This document shows, in pieces, positions 32,156 through 41,892 of a DNA stretch of 64,000 bases. This DNA comes from an uncultured archaeon (lineage in GTDB: Archaea; Asgardarchaeota; Lokiarchaeia; Sigyniarchaeales; SOKP01): contig CAZOYD010000001.1 of assembly GCA_964583985.1 (NCBI GenBank), positions 67,532 through 131,531 on the forward strand, written 5' to 3'. Position 1 is the stretch's first letter. Every line of letters starts with the position of its first letter. A program made the translations under genes and the position numbers. Below the pieces are notes generated by a model. That model did no database searches, had not been told where the DNA came from, and saw nothing but the letters and a program-made list of their open reading frames with translations.

Positions 32156-34852
32156 ATGTATACGATAAATCTATCATCGAAAGAGAAGATATCTGCGAAT
32201 TTAGTGGGAACAAAAGCCGCTAATCTTATCTTTTTAAATCAAAAAGATTTTCCAATTCCTGACGGTTTTGTTTTAAATGTAAATGCATATAATGATTTTA
32301 TTAAATTTAATAACCTAAATGTATTGATAAAGGACAATTTGATATCCTTTAATGGAAAAAATAATCAATCCATAAAATTTCAATCAGAAAAGATCATAGC
32401 TGCTATTGAGGGTGGTAAATTACAGGATCTCCTAATTGATCAAATCAAGGCAAATATGGAAATTTTTAATAACAATCCAGTTGCAATTCGCTCATCAGGA
32501 ACATTAGAGGATTTACCAAATTCTTCTTTTGCAGGTCAATACGATACATATCTCAACATTATAGGAATGGAACAGGTCCTTATTCATGTTAAGAAATGTT
32601 TTGCTTCACTTTGGAGTGAACGGGCAATCACTTATCGATATAATAATAACCTACCCAATAAAGAACCAGAAATTGCGGTAATAATACAAAAGATGGTTCA
32701 AGCTAATAGTTCTGGCATTCTATTTACAGCAAATCCGATAACAACAGATAAAACCGAATTAATTATTGAATCAAATTTTGGATTGGGAGAATCTGTTGTT
32801 TCTGGACGAGTTAGCCCCGACCAGTTCATTATAAAACGATTAAGAAAAAATAAAGGATTTAGAATTATAAATAAAAAAATTGGCTTAAAAAGTCTTACGG
32901 TTAACCCAATATTGAATGGAGTAGGTGTAGAATATAATAAAGCATCTGAAATTGAAAGTAATAGAGTTTCTCTTTCTGATCATTTAATTATTAAATTAGT
33001 TAAGTTAGGTATCGAACTAGAAAAAGCATTTTATAATAATCCTCAAGATATAGAATGGGTAATAGATAATCAATCCAATATCCATATTGTGCAATCTAGA
33101 CCAATTACTTCTTTTAGGCAAAAAAATGATGCTGAAGAGGTTTTATGGAGTAGGGGTTATTCTGATGACTATTGGAATGATAATACCACTCCTTTATTTT
33201 TTGATCTTTTGGGAAATCACCTAACAAAGATAGTAAACGTAGAATTAAATAGTATCATGGGTTATAGAAAGATGGATTTCCGATTGCTTAAATTATTCAA
33301 ATGTCATGTCTACTTTAATTTAAACGTTTTAAAAAACAAAGTAGAATATGAAATTCCTACTTTTATGCGATTTGAAGATGTATTGAATTACTTTCCAAAT
33401 GGATCTGGATCATATGGTAAGAAGACAATAAAAAAGCTTCCGTTTCATCTCAAGAATTATTTACTCGCTCAATTAAGGGTAAAATTTCATGATCCTAATG
33501 GAGCCATATCACGAACAGCAGAAGCATATGAAAGTTGGACAAAAGACGTATTTGATCCCTTTTTAAAAACTTTTGATATGAAGATGGAAGCAATAATAAA
33601 AAAAGGTGAAGAGATTTCTCTGCTGCGCTTAGTGGACGAGTTGGATGAAATAATGATTTCGCATTTTAGATTAGTCAGGTATGGTATCCCAGTACATAAC
33701 ATCGGCATGAATTTATTAACTCAATATCTACTCACTCGATTCTTAGGTAAAGAAGAGTGCCAAAATAATTTCCCAATCTTAATATCTGGTCTCGAGCATA
33801 AATTGACTCTAACAAATGAAAGCATCTTTGAAATGGTCTCTATAATTCTAGAATCTGAATATCTCAGAAATATCATTTTAAATAATAATTCAAGCTACAT
33901 CTATAGTATTTTAGAATCTGATTCTTCCCAAATCGCACGAGATTTTTTAAGGGTATTAAACAAATTTCTTGAGGAATATGGTGATAGAGGTTTTACTAGA
34001 GAAATGTATTACGCTCGATGGAGAGAATCCCCTGATTTAGTATTGGATATCTGTAAATCTTTAGTAAGAGATAAATGTAACTTCTCTGATAAATCACAAT
34101 TGAAAAATGAGAAGCGAAGAATGATACATAGAAGCATAGTTGAAACCAAAATTAAAAATCAAAAATTAGGTTTTATAAAATGGCTAATATTTTCGACAAT
34201 TTTGAAAAATAGTCGCAAATATATAATATTTAGAGAAAATCAACGATTTAACCTTGATAAGTGGATTACTAGAAATAGGAAAGTTTTTTTAGAGATTGCA
34301 AAAATATTAGTTGACAAAGAAATATTAAAAGAAGAGAGGGAAATATTTTTCTTTCATAAGTTCGAATTAGAAAATCTTGCGAATAATAAATACAAGATTT
34401 CTGAAATAGAAAATCTAAAAAAACTTATAAAGATAAGATTAGAGGAATTCGAGAAATATGAAAATCAAATTCCTCCTAAATTTATTTTTGGTTCAAGAGA
34501 ATATGATGATGAGTTTCCATTCACGCAAGAGAGTGAGACTTTACGAGGAACCCCTGCTAGTCATGGAATAATCACGGCTCCTGTACGTATTCTAAATGAA
34601 GTTAATGAGATCGAAAGCGTTCAATCGGGTGAAATAATAGTCGTTCCAAGAACAGATCCGGGTTGGACTCCAATATTTTCAAAAATTGGAGGATTAATCA
34701 CAGAAACGGGAGGAATTCTCTCACATGGTGCTGTTGTATCGAGAGAATATGGTATTCCAGCAGTGACTAATCTCATTAACGCCAGAAAACTAATAAAAAA
34801 TGGTCAACTAATTACATTGAATGGATATAATGGAGAAGTAATATTAAATTGA
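32156..34852 (+). CDS. PEP-synthase-like small-molecule dikinase (rifampicin phosphotransferase architecture)
   Basis: N-terminal ATP-grasp (VAIRSSG..ED...SFAGQYDT, QDIEW, QSRPIT), large helical middle domain, C-terminal His-swivel (TDPGWTP, LSHGAVVSREYGIP); no PEP-binding TIM barrel. Confidence 0.8.
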   Translation: MYTINLSSKEKISANLVGTKAANLIFLNQKDFPIPDGFVLNVNAYNDFIKFNNLNVLIKDNLISFNGKNNQSIKFQSEKIIAAIEGGKLQDLLIDQIKANMEIFNNNPVAIRSSGTLEDLPNSSFAGQYDTYLNIIGMEQVLIHVKKCFASLWSERAITYRYNNNLPNKEPEIAVIIQKMVQANSSGILFTANPITTDKTELIIESNFGLGESVVSGRVSPDQFIIKRLRKNKGFRIINKKIGLKSLTVNPILNGVGVEYNKASEIESNRVSLSDHLIIKLVKLGIELEKAFYNNPQDIEWVIDNQSNIHIVQSRPITSFRQKNDAEEVLWSRGYSDDYWNDNTTPLFFDLLGNHLTKIVNVELNSIMGYRKMDFRLLKLFKCHVYFNLNVLKNKVEYEIPTFMRFEDVLNYFPNGSGSYGKKTIKKLPFHLKNYLLAQLRVKFHDPNGAISRTAEAYESWTKDVFDPFLKTFDMKMEAIIKKGEEISLLRLVDELDEIMISHFRLVRYGIPVHNIGMNLLTQYLLTRFLGKEECQNNFPILISGLEHKLTLTNESIFEMVSIILESEYLRNIILNNNSSYIYSILESDSSQIARDFLRVLNKFLEEYGDRGFTREMYYARWRESPDLVLDICKSLVRDKCNFSDKSQLKNEKRRMIHRSIVETKIKNQKLGFIKWLIFSTILKNSRKYIIFRENQRFNLDKWITRNRKVFLEIAKILVDKEILKEEREIFFFHKFELENLANNKYKISEIENLKKLIKIRLEEFEKYENQIPPKFIFGSREYDDEFPFTQESETLRGTPASHGIITAPVRILNEVNEIESVQSGEIIVVPRTDPGWTPIFSKIGGLITETGGILSHGAVVSREYGIPAVTNLINARKLIKNGQLITLNGYNGEVILN

Positions 34853-34864
34853 ATGAATTAATGA

Positions 34865-35851
34865 GTGATTTTTATGGAAAGAATCATACATAAAGATAAA
34901 TTAACCAATCATCTTGAATGGAATGAAAGTTTTTATTTTGTGTTTTATGATAAAAAGAATAACATTGGAGGAATGTCTAGAATTGGCTTTAAGCCAAATA
35001 AGAGTGAAGGGATGACATTCTTCTTCTTATTTTTATCCGATGGATCTGCTGCAGGATATCATAAAATAATTAAACTTAAAGATTTTTCTGAGAATTTACG
35101 AGTAGGAGGTATGTCTCACAATTGGCAAAATGATGGATCTTGGAAATATTTTTTCCGAGGAACAATGATATTTGTTTCGGATCCGTTAAATATACCTGAT
35201 GTCCGAGAGAATCCCAAAATCATTCTCAAATCTGAAAAAATATTGATGGATTTAACTTTTTCTCCTCATAGCAGTATTTACGAATATAGTAAATTTATGA
35301 CCCCTGAATCTTTAGAAATTGGTAAAAAATCGGGAGATAAGCATTGGGAGCAAATTGGGAGAATAGATGGTAAAATTAATATTGGACAAATAGAATATCA
35401 CATAAATTCAGTATTAGGTCAGAGAGATCATACGTATGGAGTGCGTGATTGGACAGGAGTTGGAAATTGGTTATATTATGTAGTTTGGTTCAATGAAAAC
35501 TTAGCAATTAATCCTGCTGCAATCATTACTGAAGATGGAAGGTTATCTATTGGTGGATTTTTATTTAGAGATGGTCAAAATATTCCATTAATTTCAATTA
35601 ACATAATAAATCAAGAATATGATGATCAAGGGATTTATCCCATTAGTTCTGAATTATTAATACGGGATAATTTGGGTGAAGAACATAATTTAAAAGCAAA
35701 AGTTGGTCCTATAATTCCCGTACCTTTTACAGATGAGGGAGGAAATCAATCAATCTTAATCCAATCATTTGGTAAATTTGAATTGGATGGAATTAAAGGA
35801 GGATATGGATCTTTTGAAACCCTTAGAAAAGTAATAAATGTAAAAAAATAA
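34865..35851 (+). CDS. Hypothetical protein, probable AttH/CrtC-like beta-barrel fold
   Basis: WNESFYFVFYD and GQRDHTYGVRDW motifs. Confidence 0.5.
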   Translation: MIFMERIIHKDKLTNHLEWNESFYFVFYDKKNNIGGMSRIGFKPNKSEGMTFFFLFLSDGSAAGYHKIIKLKDFSENLRVGGMSHNWQNDGSWKYFFRGTMIFVSDPLNIPDVRENPKIILKSEKILMDLTFSPHSSIYEYSKFMTPESLEIGKKSGDKHWEQIGRIDGKINIGQIEYHINSVLGQRDHTYGVRDWTGVGNWLYYVVWFNENLAINPAAIITEDGRLSIGGFLFRDGQNIPLISINIINQEYDDQGIYPISSELLIRDNLGEEHNLKAKVGPIIPVPFTDEGGNQSILIQSFGKFELDGIKGGYGSFETLRKVINVKK

Positions 35852-35871
35852 CAAAAAACAGTTAAAAAAAA

Positions 35872-36699
35872 TTATTCGTAATTTACTTTATATTGCCAAA
35901 AATTCAAATCTTTTCTCAATTTTTTTCCTATTTCTATTGATTTTTTAGCTAACATGCTTATTTCATCAAAGGAAAATGTTGCTTCACCACTTTTTTGCAT
36001 AGATGTGATTTTATCTTCCGTAACTGAAATTGAGAGCTTTCCATCACTGATTAATTCCTCGGGTAAACTTGGGTCCAGAAAGATCATATCATCAATCTTG
36101 CCGTAAGTTAAAACTAAAGGGAGTTCTTTAACTATAAATTCTCCATCTAAATATTTCCCAGTCCAGACAAGTTTTCCATCTTCCATTTTTCCTTCTGGAA
36201 TATGACTCGATATCAATGCTGTTAATGCACTTATTCCTCCAGCATCAATTAAATTGCCCGCATAATTCAAGACATACATATCGACAAAAAGAATATAGAC
36301 TGCTTTTTTAGCTTCTATGCATAATTTCTTGGTTTGAACACAATCAGCATGTCTAATTCCTCTATCAACTACACGTGCTAATTCAATAGATTGTTCATCA
36401 GGTGGACCTCTTTCAAATAGTGGTGATGCGATAGGTAATAACTCCGCCATAACTGTACATACCCCCTCATCAGGCATGTCTGGAAATGGTTCTCCAACGT
36501 CATATTTTAATCCAGTTACTATTCTTGTTTTACCTAAAGAAACATCAGCAGACCCTTCAGCTGAGGCAATGATATCATGCTTGATGGAAATTTTTCGATA
36601 TTCCCATAATCCACGATCATCAAATCGCTCTTCCCTTCGAAGATTTTGAATAATATAATTCTTTTCTATAGCAGAAATGACGCGTTTTATATTCATCAT
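35872..36699 (-). CDS. rrp42: Exosome subunit Rrp42
   Basis: RFDDRGLWEYR, AEGSADVSLGKT, PFPDMPDEG, ELARVVDRGIR. Confidence 0.95.
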   Translation of the reverse strand: MMNIKRVISAIEKNYIIQNLRREERFDDRGLWEYRKISIKHDIIASAEGSADVSLGKTRIVTGLKYDVGEPFPDMPDEGVCTVMAELLPIASPLFERGPPDEQSIELARVVDRGIRHADCVQTKKLCIEAKKAVYILFVDMYVLNYAGNLIDAGGISALTALISSHIPEGKMEDGKLVWTGKYLDGEFIVKELPLVLTYGKIDDMIFLDPSLPEELISDGKLSISVTEDKITSMQKSGEATFSFDEISMLAKKSIEIGKKLRKDLNFWQYKVNYE

Positions 36700-36700
36700 T

Positions 36701-37462
36701 TTAAGTATTACCTCCACTTACTTCTTCTTGAATAGCAATATACTTCTTTTTTAAAGCTTGTAGTTGCAATTCGTATATTTCTGATAAAGCAGATTTTGCT
36801 AATTTAAGAAATTCATCCATCTGTTCAATATTCATATCGCCATCAAACTGTAACAATGATAATTCTTCATTAAACCAGGTAATAGCACACGGTAAATCCG
36901 CTTGTCCCGCTTTATCTTCGATTCCTGAGAGATCAACAACTAATTGATCATCAATCTTACCGACTGCTACTGCTGTCACCAAACTTTTCATCGGAATGCC
37001 CGCATCTGCTAATGCTAGCGCTGCCACAGTAGTACTTGCACATCTGGTGCCACCATCAGCATCCATGACTTCAATGAAAACTTCGAATGCAGTGCCAGGA
37101 TATAATTCTAAAAACAAAAGTGGCTTTAAACAATCAGTTATAACCATTGAGATTTCTTTTTCTCTGCGTCCCGGAGCAGGTCGTTTTCTTTCGAATACGG
37201 AGTACGTTGTCATTCTATAAAAAACGCGTAAAATACCACTATCAGGTTTGGCTAAATGATGAGGATGTACTTCTCGTGGACCATATACTGCAGCATAAAT
37301 CTTATTATTTCCCCATTCTAGGTAAGCAGAACCATCTGCATTCTCAATAACGCCCACTTCCATCTTGATTGGTCTTAATTCGGTTTTTTCTCGCCCATCT
37401 AACCTTTTTCCATCTTCTCGAAATAATTTTTCAGGATATTCATCTTTTATAACTAACGGCAT
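36701..37462 (-). CDS. rrp41: Exosome phosphorolytic subunit Rrp41
   Basis: RLDGR, ADGSAYLEWG, YGPREVHP, DADGGTRCA. Confidence 0.96.
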   Translation of the reverse strand: MPLVIKDEYPEKLFREDGKRLDGREKTELRPIKMEVGVIENADGSAYLEWGNNKIYAAVYGPREVHPHHLAKPDSGILRVFYRMTTYSVFERKRPAPGRREKEISMVITDCLKPLLFLELYPGTAFEVFIEVMDADGGTRCASTTVAALALADAGIPMKSLVTAVAVGKIDDQLVVDLSGIEDKAGQADLPCAITWFNEELSLLQFDGDMNIEQMDEFLKLAKSALSEIYELQLQALKKKYIAIQEEVSGGNT

Positions 37463-38302
37463 TTATTTCAAACCTCTCTTCTTTTTTTCATTTTCAATAA
37501 ATTCTATCATTCTATCTGTTAATCCAACTGTATGAGCTTCTCGTTCAATTTTTCTTATTGCATCAATTAATAATCGCTCGTGAGCAATATCTTCACCTTT
37601 TAACCAGATACGCCCATTTTGGGTTACGAAAATAGTACTTTTCGTTAAATTTTTCAAATTTTTAATCATGGATCCATCTCGTCCTATAACACGAGGAATT
37701 TTAGGCGGATCAATAGAGATCACGATCCCATTATTTTTTTTGCCTAAATACTTGCCAACCGTAGTTAATTCTGGTGAATTTAATCTATCTGCAGAAAGTA
37801 CTTTAGCAATTAAAATATCCCCAACATCATACATTTCAGCATTTGAATTATTACGATCTGGAGGACCTCCTCTCATACCTCTGGAAATTCTGCCACGTTT
37901 CATCGTATTCTTGGGTTTAAGAACAGCATCATCTTTTGCGTTAATATCACACCTGTATTTTACAGGATTTTTGTCAGTTACTAATGCTATAACCTTATCT
38001 CCTGGACGGGGAGTATAGAATCCTCTAAGAGGGATAACATTGATATAGTTTTTTTTTGTTTGTTTCAACCCAATATTAAGTGATATTATTTTAGATCGAT
38101 CGGGAGTCAGTAATGTTCCTCTTCCAGGTAAGTAAGTTTTTGTATCTGTTGTAAGGATCTCACCAGGAACAACTAAATTACGAGTGGTTTCCTCATCTTC
38201 AAATTCATCAAGATCAGAATCTTCTTCAGAAATTACCGCTTCTTCTTCCTCATCTTCGTGATTATCATCTTTACTTACTTGTTCTTCATCTTTAAAACTC
38301 AT
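37463..38302 (-). CDS. rrp4: Exosome cap subunit Rrp4 (S1+KH)
   Basis: LVVPGE, YTPRPGD, KIPRVIGRDGSMI, QNGRIW, IEREAHTVGLTDR. Confidence 0.95.
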   Translation of the reverse strand: MSFKDEEQVSKDDNHEDEEEEAVISEEDSDLDEFEDEETTRNLVVPGEILTTDTKTYLPGRGTLLTPDRSKIISLNIGLKQTKKNYINVIPLRGFYTPRPGDKVIALVTDKNPVKYRCDINAKDDAVLKPKNTMKRGRISRGMRGGPPDRNNSNAEMYDVGDILIAKVLSADRLNSPELTTVGKYLGKKNNGIVISIDPPKIPRVIGRDGSMIKNLKNLTKSTIFVTQNGRIWLKGEDIAHERLLIDAIRKIEREAHTVGLTDRMIEFIENEKKKRGLK

Positions 38303-38389
38303 TTGTATAATTTCACGCTCTTTACGTATTTTCTTTTGTCTAAACGAAAAAAATATGAAGCAAACAAAAATCAGTCACATTATAAGAGC

Positions 38390-39193
38390 TTAAGATTTTA
38401 AGAGTTTTGTTTGAACTCTTCCATGTGTGAGCTTGTTCAGTTTATCAATTAATTCCATTTGAAGACCTGCAGGAAGATTGATTACAGAAACCCATGATCC
38501 ATCAGCTTGCCATTCTTCTTTTTTAATTTGAGCCATTTGAGCAACAACATTATATCCTTTCGCTGTAAATGCTGATGGGATCTTAATTGCCATCTCCACT
38601 TGTTCCATTCGAATTGGAATAATAGCTCGTAGACTTTTTACAACATCATCTACTTGTTCCTCTGCATTTTTCATCAAAGATATCTTAACTTTCGCTTCTT
38701 CTATAGCTTTTTCAATTCTCTGATATGGATGTGGTTTATTATTCTGTGGATTTATCGCGTTTTTGCTAATAATAGTAATTATTTGCTTTAATTTTTTCTC
38801 TCGTTCTTCTTCTCTCTGTGTCCTAGTCCAGTGAATCTCTCCATCTAATAAAATGTGTGCAGCTATCGTTCTGCCATCAGTAGAGTTAAAAATAGACTCC
38901 ATATCACCATCAGTGGCTTTTTTTCCTCTTTTAAGATCTTCAAAAACAGAAAAACTTTCAAAAATGAGATCTATCGAAATTCTGGGGTCATTTAAAATAT
39001 CCTGAACGGAAAGACGAGATTTATCGCTTCCACTTTTTAGGTTATTGCTAATTTCATCCCGTATGATTTTTTTTGCCTCCCATGCTTTTTCTTGATCTAA
39101 GAGCATTTCAAAAGTTCTTCCTTCTTTTTCAATGCGTCCAATGATATATTCTCCTAAATCAATCCTTGCTCGATCAATCATACGTTTTATCAA
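38390..39193 (-). CDS. Ribosome maturation factor SBDS
   Basis: FEML, GEIHWT, INPQNNKPHPYQRIE, EEWQADGSW, LNKLTHG. Confidence 0.92.
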   Translation of the reverse strand: MIKRMIDRARIDLGEYIIGRIEKEGRTFEMLLDQEKAWEAKKIIRDEISNNLKSGSDKSRLSVQDILNDPRISIDLIFESFSVFEDLKRGKKATDGDMESIFNSTDGRTIAAHILLDGEIHWTRTQREEEREKKLKQIITIISKNAINPQNNKPHPYQRIEKAIEEAKVKISLMKNAEEQVDDVVKSLRAIIPIRMEQVEMAIKIPSAFTAKGYNVVAQMAQIKKEEWQADGSWVSVINLPAGLQMELIDKLNKLTHGRVQTKLLKS

Positions 39194-39288
39194 ATATTGC
39201 TCTTTAATTATAAATTATATATCTCGTCTATTATTTGTCTACATTAATGATTATTATTATAAGGGTGTGCCTTGAAAATGGTTCTATA

Positions 39289-40005
39289 TTATAGCATGCC
39301 TAATAATTCTTCTTTTTCTTCAACATTCAGCAGTTTAAATTTCTTTTCATCCTTTAAAATATAAGTTACATCACAAGTATGAGATGTTAAATTTTCACCC
39401 ATCAATTCTTTTAAAGTTTTTAACGGCAATAATTTTAACTCTTCATCACTCATATCTTCTTTATAATTCTCTTCAAGGTACGCTCTTGCTTCAGTTGCTC
39501 CTGAACCTATCGCAAAAGCTTTATAGCCCCACATAGCTCCACTAGGATCCGTTAAGTATAAGGAAGTGCTCCCATCTGAATCAATTCCAGCAATCAAGAG
39601 ACTCACTCCAAAAGGTCGAACACCAGCGTTTTGGGTGAACATTTGAAGATATTCACATATATTCAAAGTTGAGTCTTTTACTGAAATTTTCTCATCATAA
39701 TTCAATAAATTTACTTGTGCTTGAACTCGTGCACGATCGACTAGCACACGGGCATCTGCAGTGAGTCCAGCAATAGCCACACCAATATGATCATCAATCT
39801 TAAAAATTTTCTCTGAACCGAGAACCTCTTGAAGTTCTAAACTTTTCTTTTCTACTGCAAACACAACAGAATGCTTGTTGGTACAAACAATAGCAGTAGT
39901 ACCTCGTCTTACGGCTTCAATAGCATATTCTACCTGAAATAATCTTCCTTCAGGTGAAAATTGCGTTATAGCCATATCATATCCACGACCTTGCTGACTG
40001 AACAT
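39289..40005 (-). CDS. psmA: Proteasome alpha subunit
   Basis: GYDMAITQFSPEGRLFQVEYA, VRPFGVSLL. Confidence 0.97.
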   Translation of the reverse strand: MFSQQGRGYDMAITQFSPEGRLFQVEYAIEAVRRGTTAIVCTNKHSVVFAVEKKSLELQEVLGSEKIFKIDDHIGVAIAGLTADARVLVDRARVQAQVNLLNYDEKISVKDSTLNICEYLQMFTQNAGVRPFGVSLLIAGIDSDGSTSLYLTDPSGAMWGYKAFAIGSGATEARAYLEENYKEDMSDEELKLLPLKTLKELMGENLTSHTCDVTYILKDEKKFKLLNVEEKEELLGML

Positions 40006-40414
40006 TTATCATGCACCTTCTTTATATTATAACAGATGTTAGCTCAAATATTATGGAATTTTACAAACCGCAAAACTCTAATCAAAATCTTAAGTCTTCT
40101 GAATACAGATTTTTATTTGCGTTATTTTTTTAGTTCTAATTCTGTTAATAAAGAAGTAATAAATCAAATAATTTATATTTTGTTTTTATGGTTTGAAAGT
40201 CGTGGAGGTTTGGGGTAGAGTAGGGAAAAATTTAAGGTGGGAAGATGATTTTTATTTTTGCGTTTGTGATTGTATTGGTCGTGTTTTTTGTTGAATTTTG
40301 AATTTGAGATTAGGGAAGGATATCATTACTCCAGAATAACAATTAGAGGAACAAAAAAAGCAAAATATCATTCTTTCATCAAATAAGGAAACCAATAAGG
40401 ATTTTAAAATTAAT

Positions 40415-41230
40415 TTAACTTTTTGAAAATCCACCATGGTGAAATTCGATATAATAACTGAGAGATTTCCTTTCACAAAATTCTTTAATTTCTAACTCTA
40501 TAAAATCCCAATAGCTCTGATCATGTCGAATTTCTTTATATTTAGAGAGTAGTTTTGGATAATGCTTCTCAATTATCTGATATATCCTTGGAATATTATG
40601 AGGTCTAAAATTTAGGTTTTCAAAAAGAAAATTCTGAGTAAAATTCTCTGCTTGTTCAATGATCACTTTAAAATCAGTTATTTCTGGAAAGAATGGCGAA
40701 ATAAATACATAAGTATCGATATTTTCCTTAGAAATTTGTTCTATTGCGTTTAACCTTTCTGAAGGCTTAGATGCCATGGGTTCAATTATCCTGGCAAAAT
40801 CATCATTTAACGTGTTAATCGAGATTCCAATTTTTATGTTTTCAAATTTCTTGAATAATTCTATATCTCTGGTTACTAATTTTGATTTCGTAAGAATTTG
40901 TATTTCAGCACTGGTTCCAATAAGGCTCTCCAAAACTTTCTTGGTATTTTGATATTTCTTTTCTAAAGGCAAATATGGATCCGTCACAGAACTTAATAAA
41001 ATTGATTTATCATCATATCTTGAAGGTTTAATCTTACTAAAGTCATATTTTTTGACATCCAAGAATTGCCCCCATCTTTCTCCTTTATGACCCGTAAATC
41101 TAATCATAAATTCCGCATAGCAATAAATACAACCATGTTGGCATCCTATATAAGGATTAATCACATAATCTATTGAAGGGATATTACTTTTGGTTATAAT
41201 GCTTTTAGCTTCTCGGATTTCAACTTTCAT
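40415..41230 (-). CDS. Radical SAM protein, spore-photoproduct-lyase-like family
   Basis: NPYIGCQHGCIYCYA, SSVTDPY, LTKS. Confidence 0.82.
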   Translation of the reverse strand: MKVEIREAKSIITKSNIPSIDYVINPYIGCQHGCIYCYAEFMIRFTGHKGERWGQFLDVKKYDFSKIKPSRYDDKSILLSSVTDPYLPLEKKYQNTKKVLESLIGTSAEIQILTKSKLVTRDIELFKKFENIKIGISINTLNDDFARIIEPMASKPSERLNAIEQISKENIDTYVFISPFFPEITDFKVIIEQAENFTQNFLFENLNFRPHNIPRIYQIIEKHYPKLLSKYKEIRHDQSYWDFIELEIKEFCERKSLSYYIEFHHGGFSKS

Positions 41231-41351
41231 ATGTTATGCTCTACTTTTACATTTGGATGTGAAAAAAAGCTTAAGGATTATTCAGGTAATTTCTCTCAGA
41301 ATTAAAAAGGTTGAGGTTTATTTCGAATATAATAAGCACTCCTGTAATTTT

Positions 41352-41723
41352 TTAACTCCAAGCAACCTTATTTATAAAAATTGACCATTCCAACAGGATC
41401 AATCCTTCATCTCTCGTATGTGCTACAAGATAATCTCCTTCTTTAGTGATTGATCCCACGATGTTTCCTTTCCCACCCGTTATGTTTTTCGCAGCCAATT
41501 GAATTTCATCATTCTTAAGAATTGCAAAGCGCAGACCTTGAAAAATGATGGCAGGTTCTTTTTCTTTCCATGCTCTTAATATTGCCTTTGCCTCATCGGG
41601 TGATAAAACAAAATCTCCTGATTTATAGATTATGTCTCCTTCAGAATTTAAAAGAAATATCTCCTCCATTCCTTCATGTTCCTTTAGTTTTTCTACTAAA
41701 TTAAAAAACCTCTGTTCTTCCAT
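41352..41723 (-). CDS. Asgard-type profilin
   Basis: 123 aa; IFLLNSEGDIIYKS and IIFQGLRFAILKNDEIQLAAKNITGGKGNIV follow the profilin strand pattern. Confidence 0.75.
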   Translation of the reverse strand: MEEQRFFNLVEKLKEHEGMEEIFLLNSEGDIIYKSGDFVLSPDEAKAILRAWKEKEPAIIFQGLRFAILKNDEIQLAAKNITGGKGNIVGSITKEGDYLVAHTRDEGLILLEWSIFINKVAWS

Positions 41724-41892
41724 GAGTTATCTTTCTCATTTTTAGTATTTTTCTACCATTTACAATAAAAGAAAAGTAATATAAATTTAGTGAAATAGAT
41801 AGTTCAAGAGAAAAATAACTATTTACCGCATTAGGAGAAAGTATTTTATTTCGTTTAGATTATTTAATATAATATATTAAATATTTCCTCCG

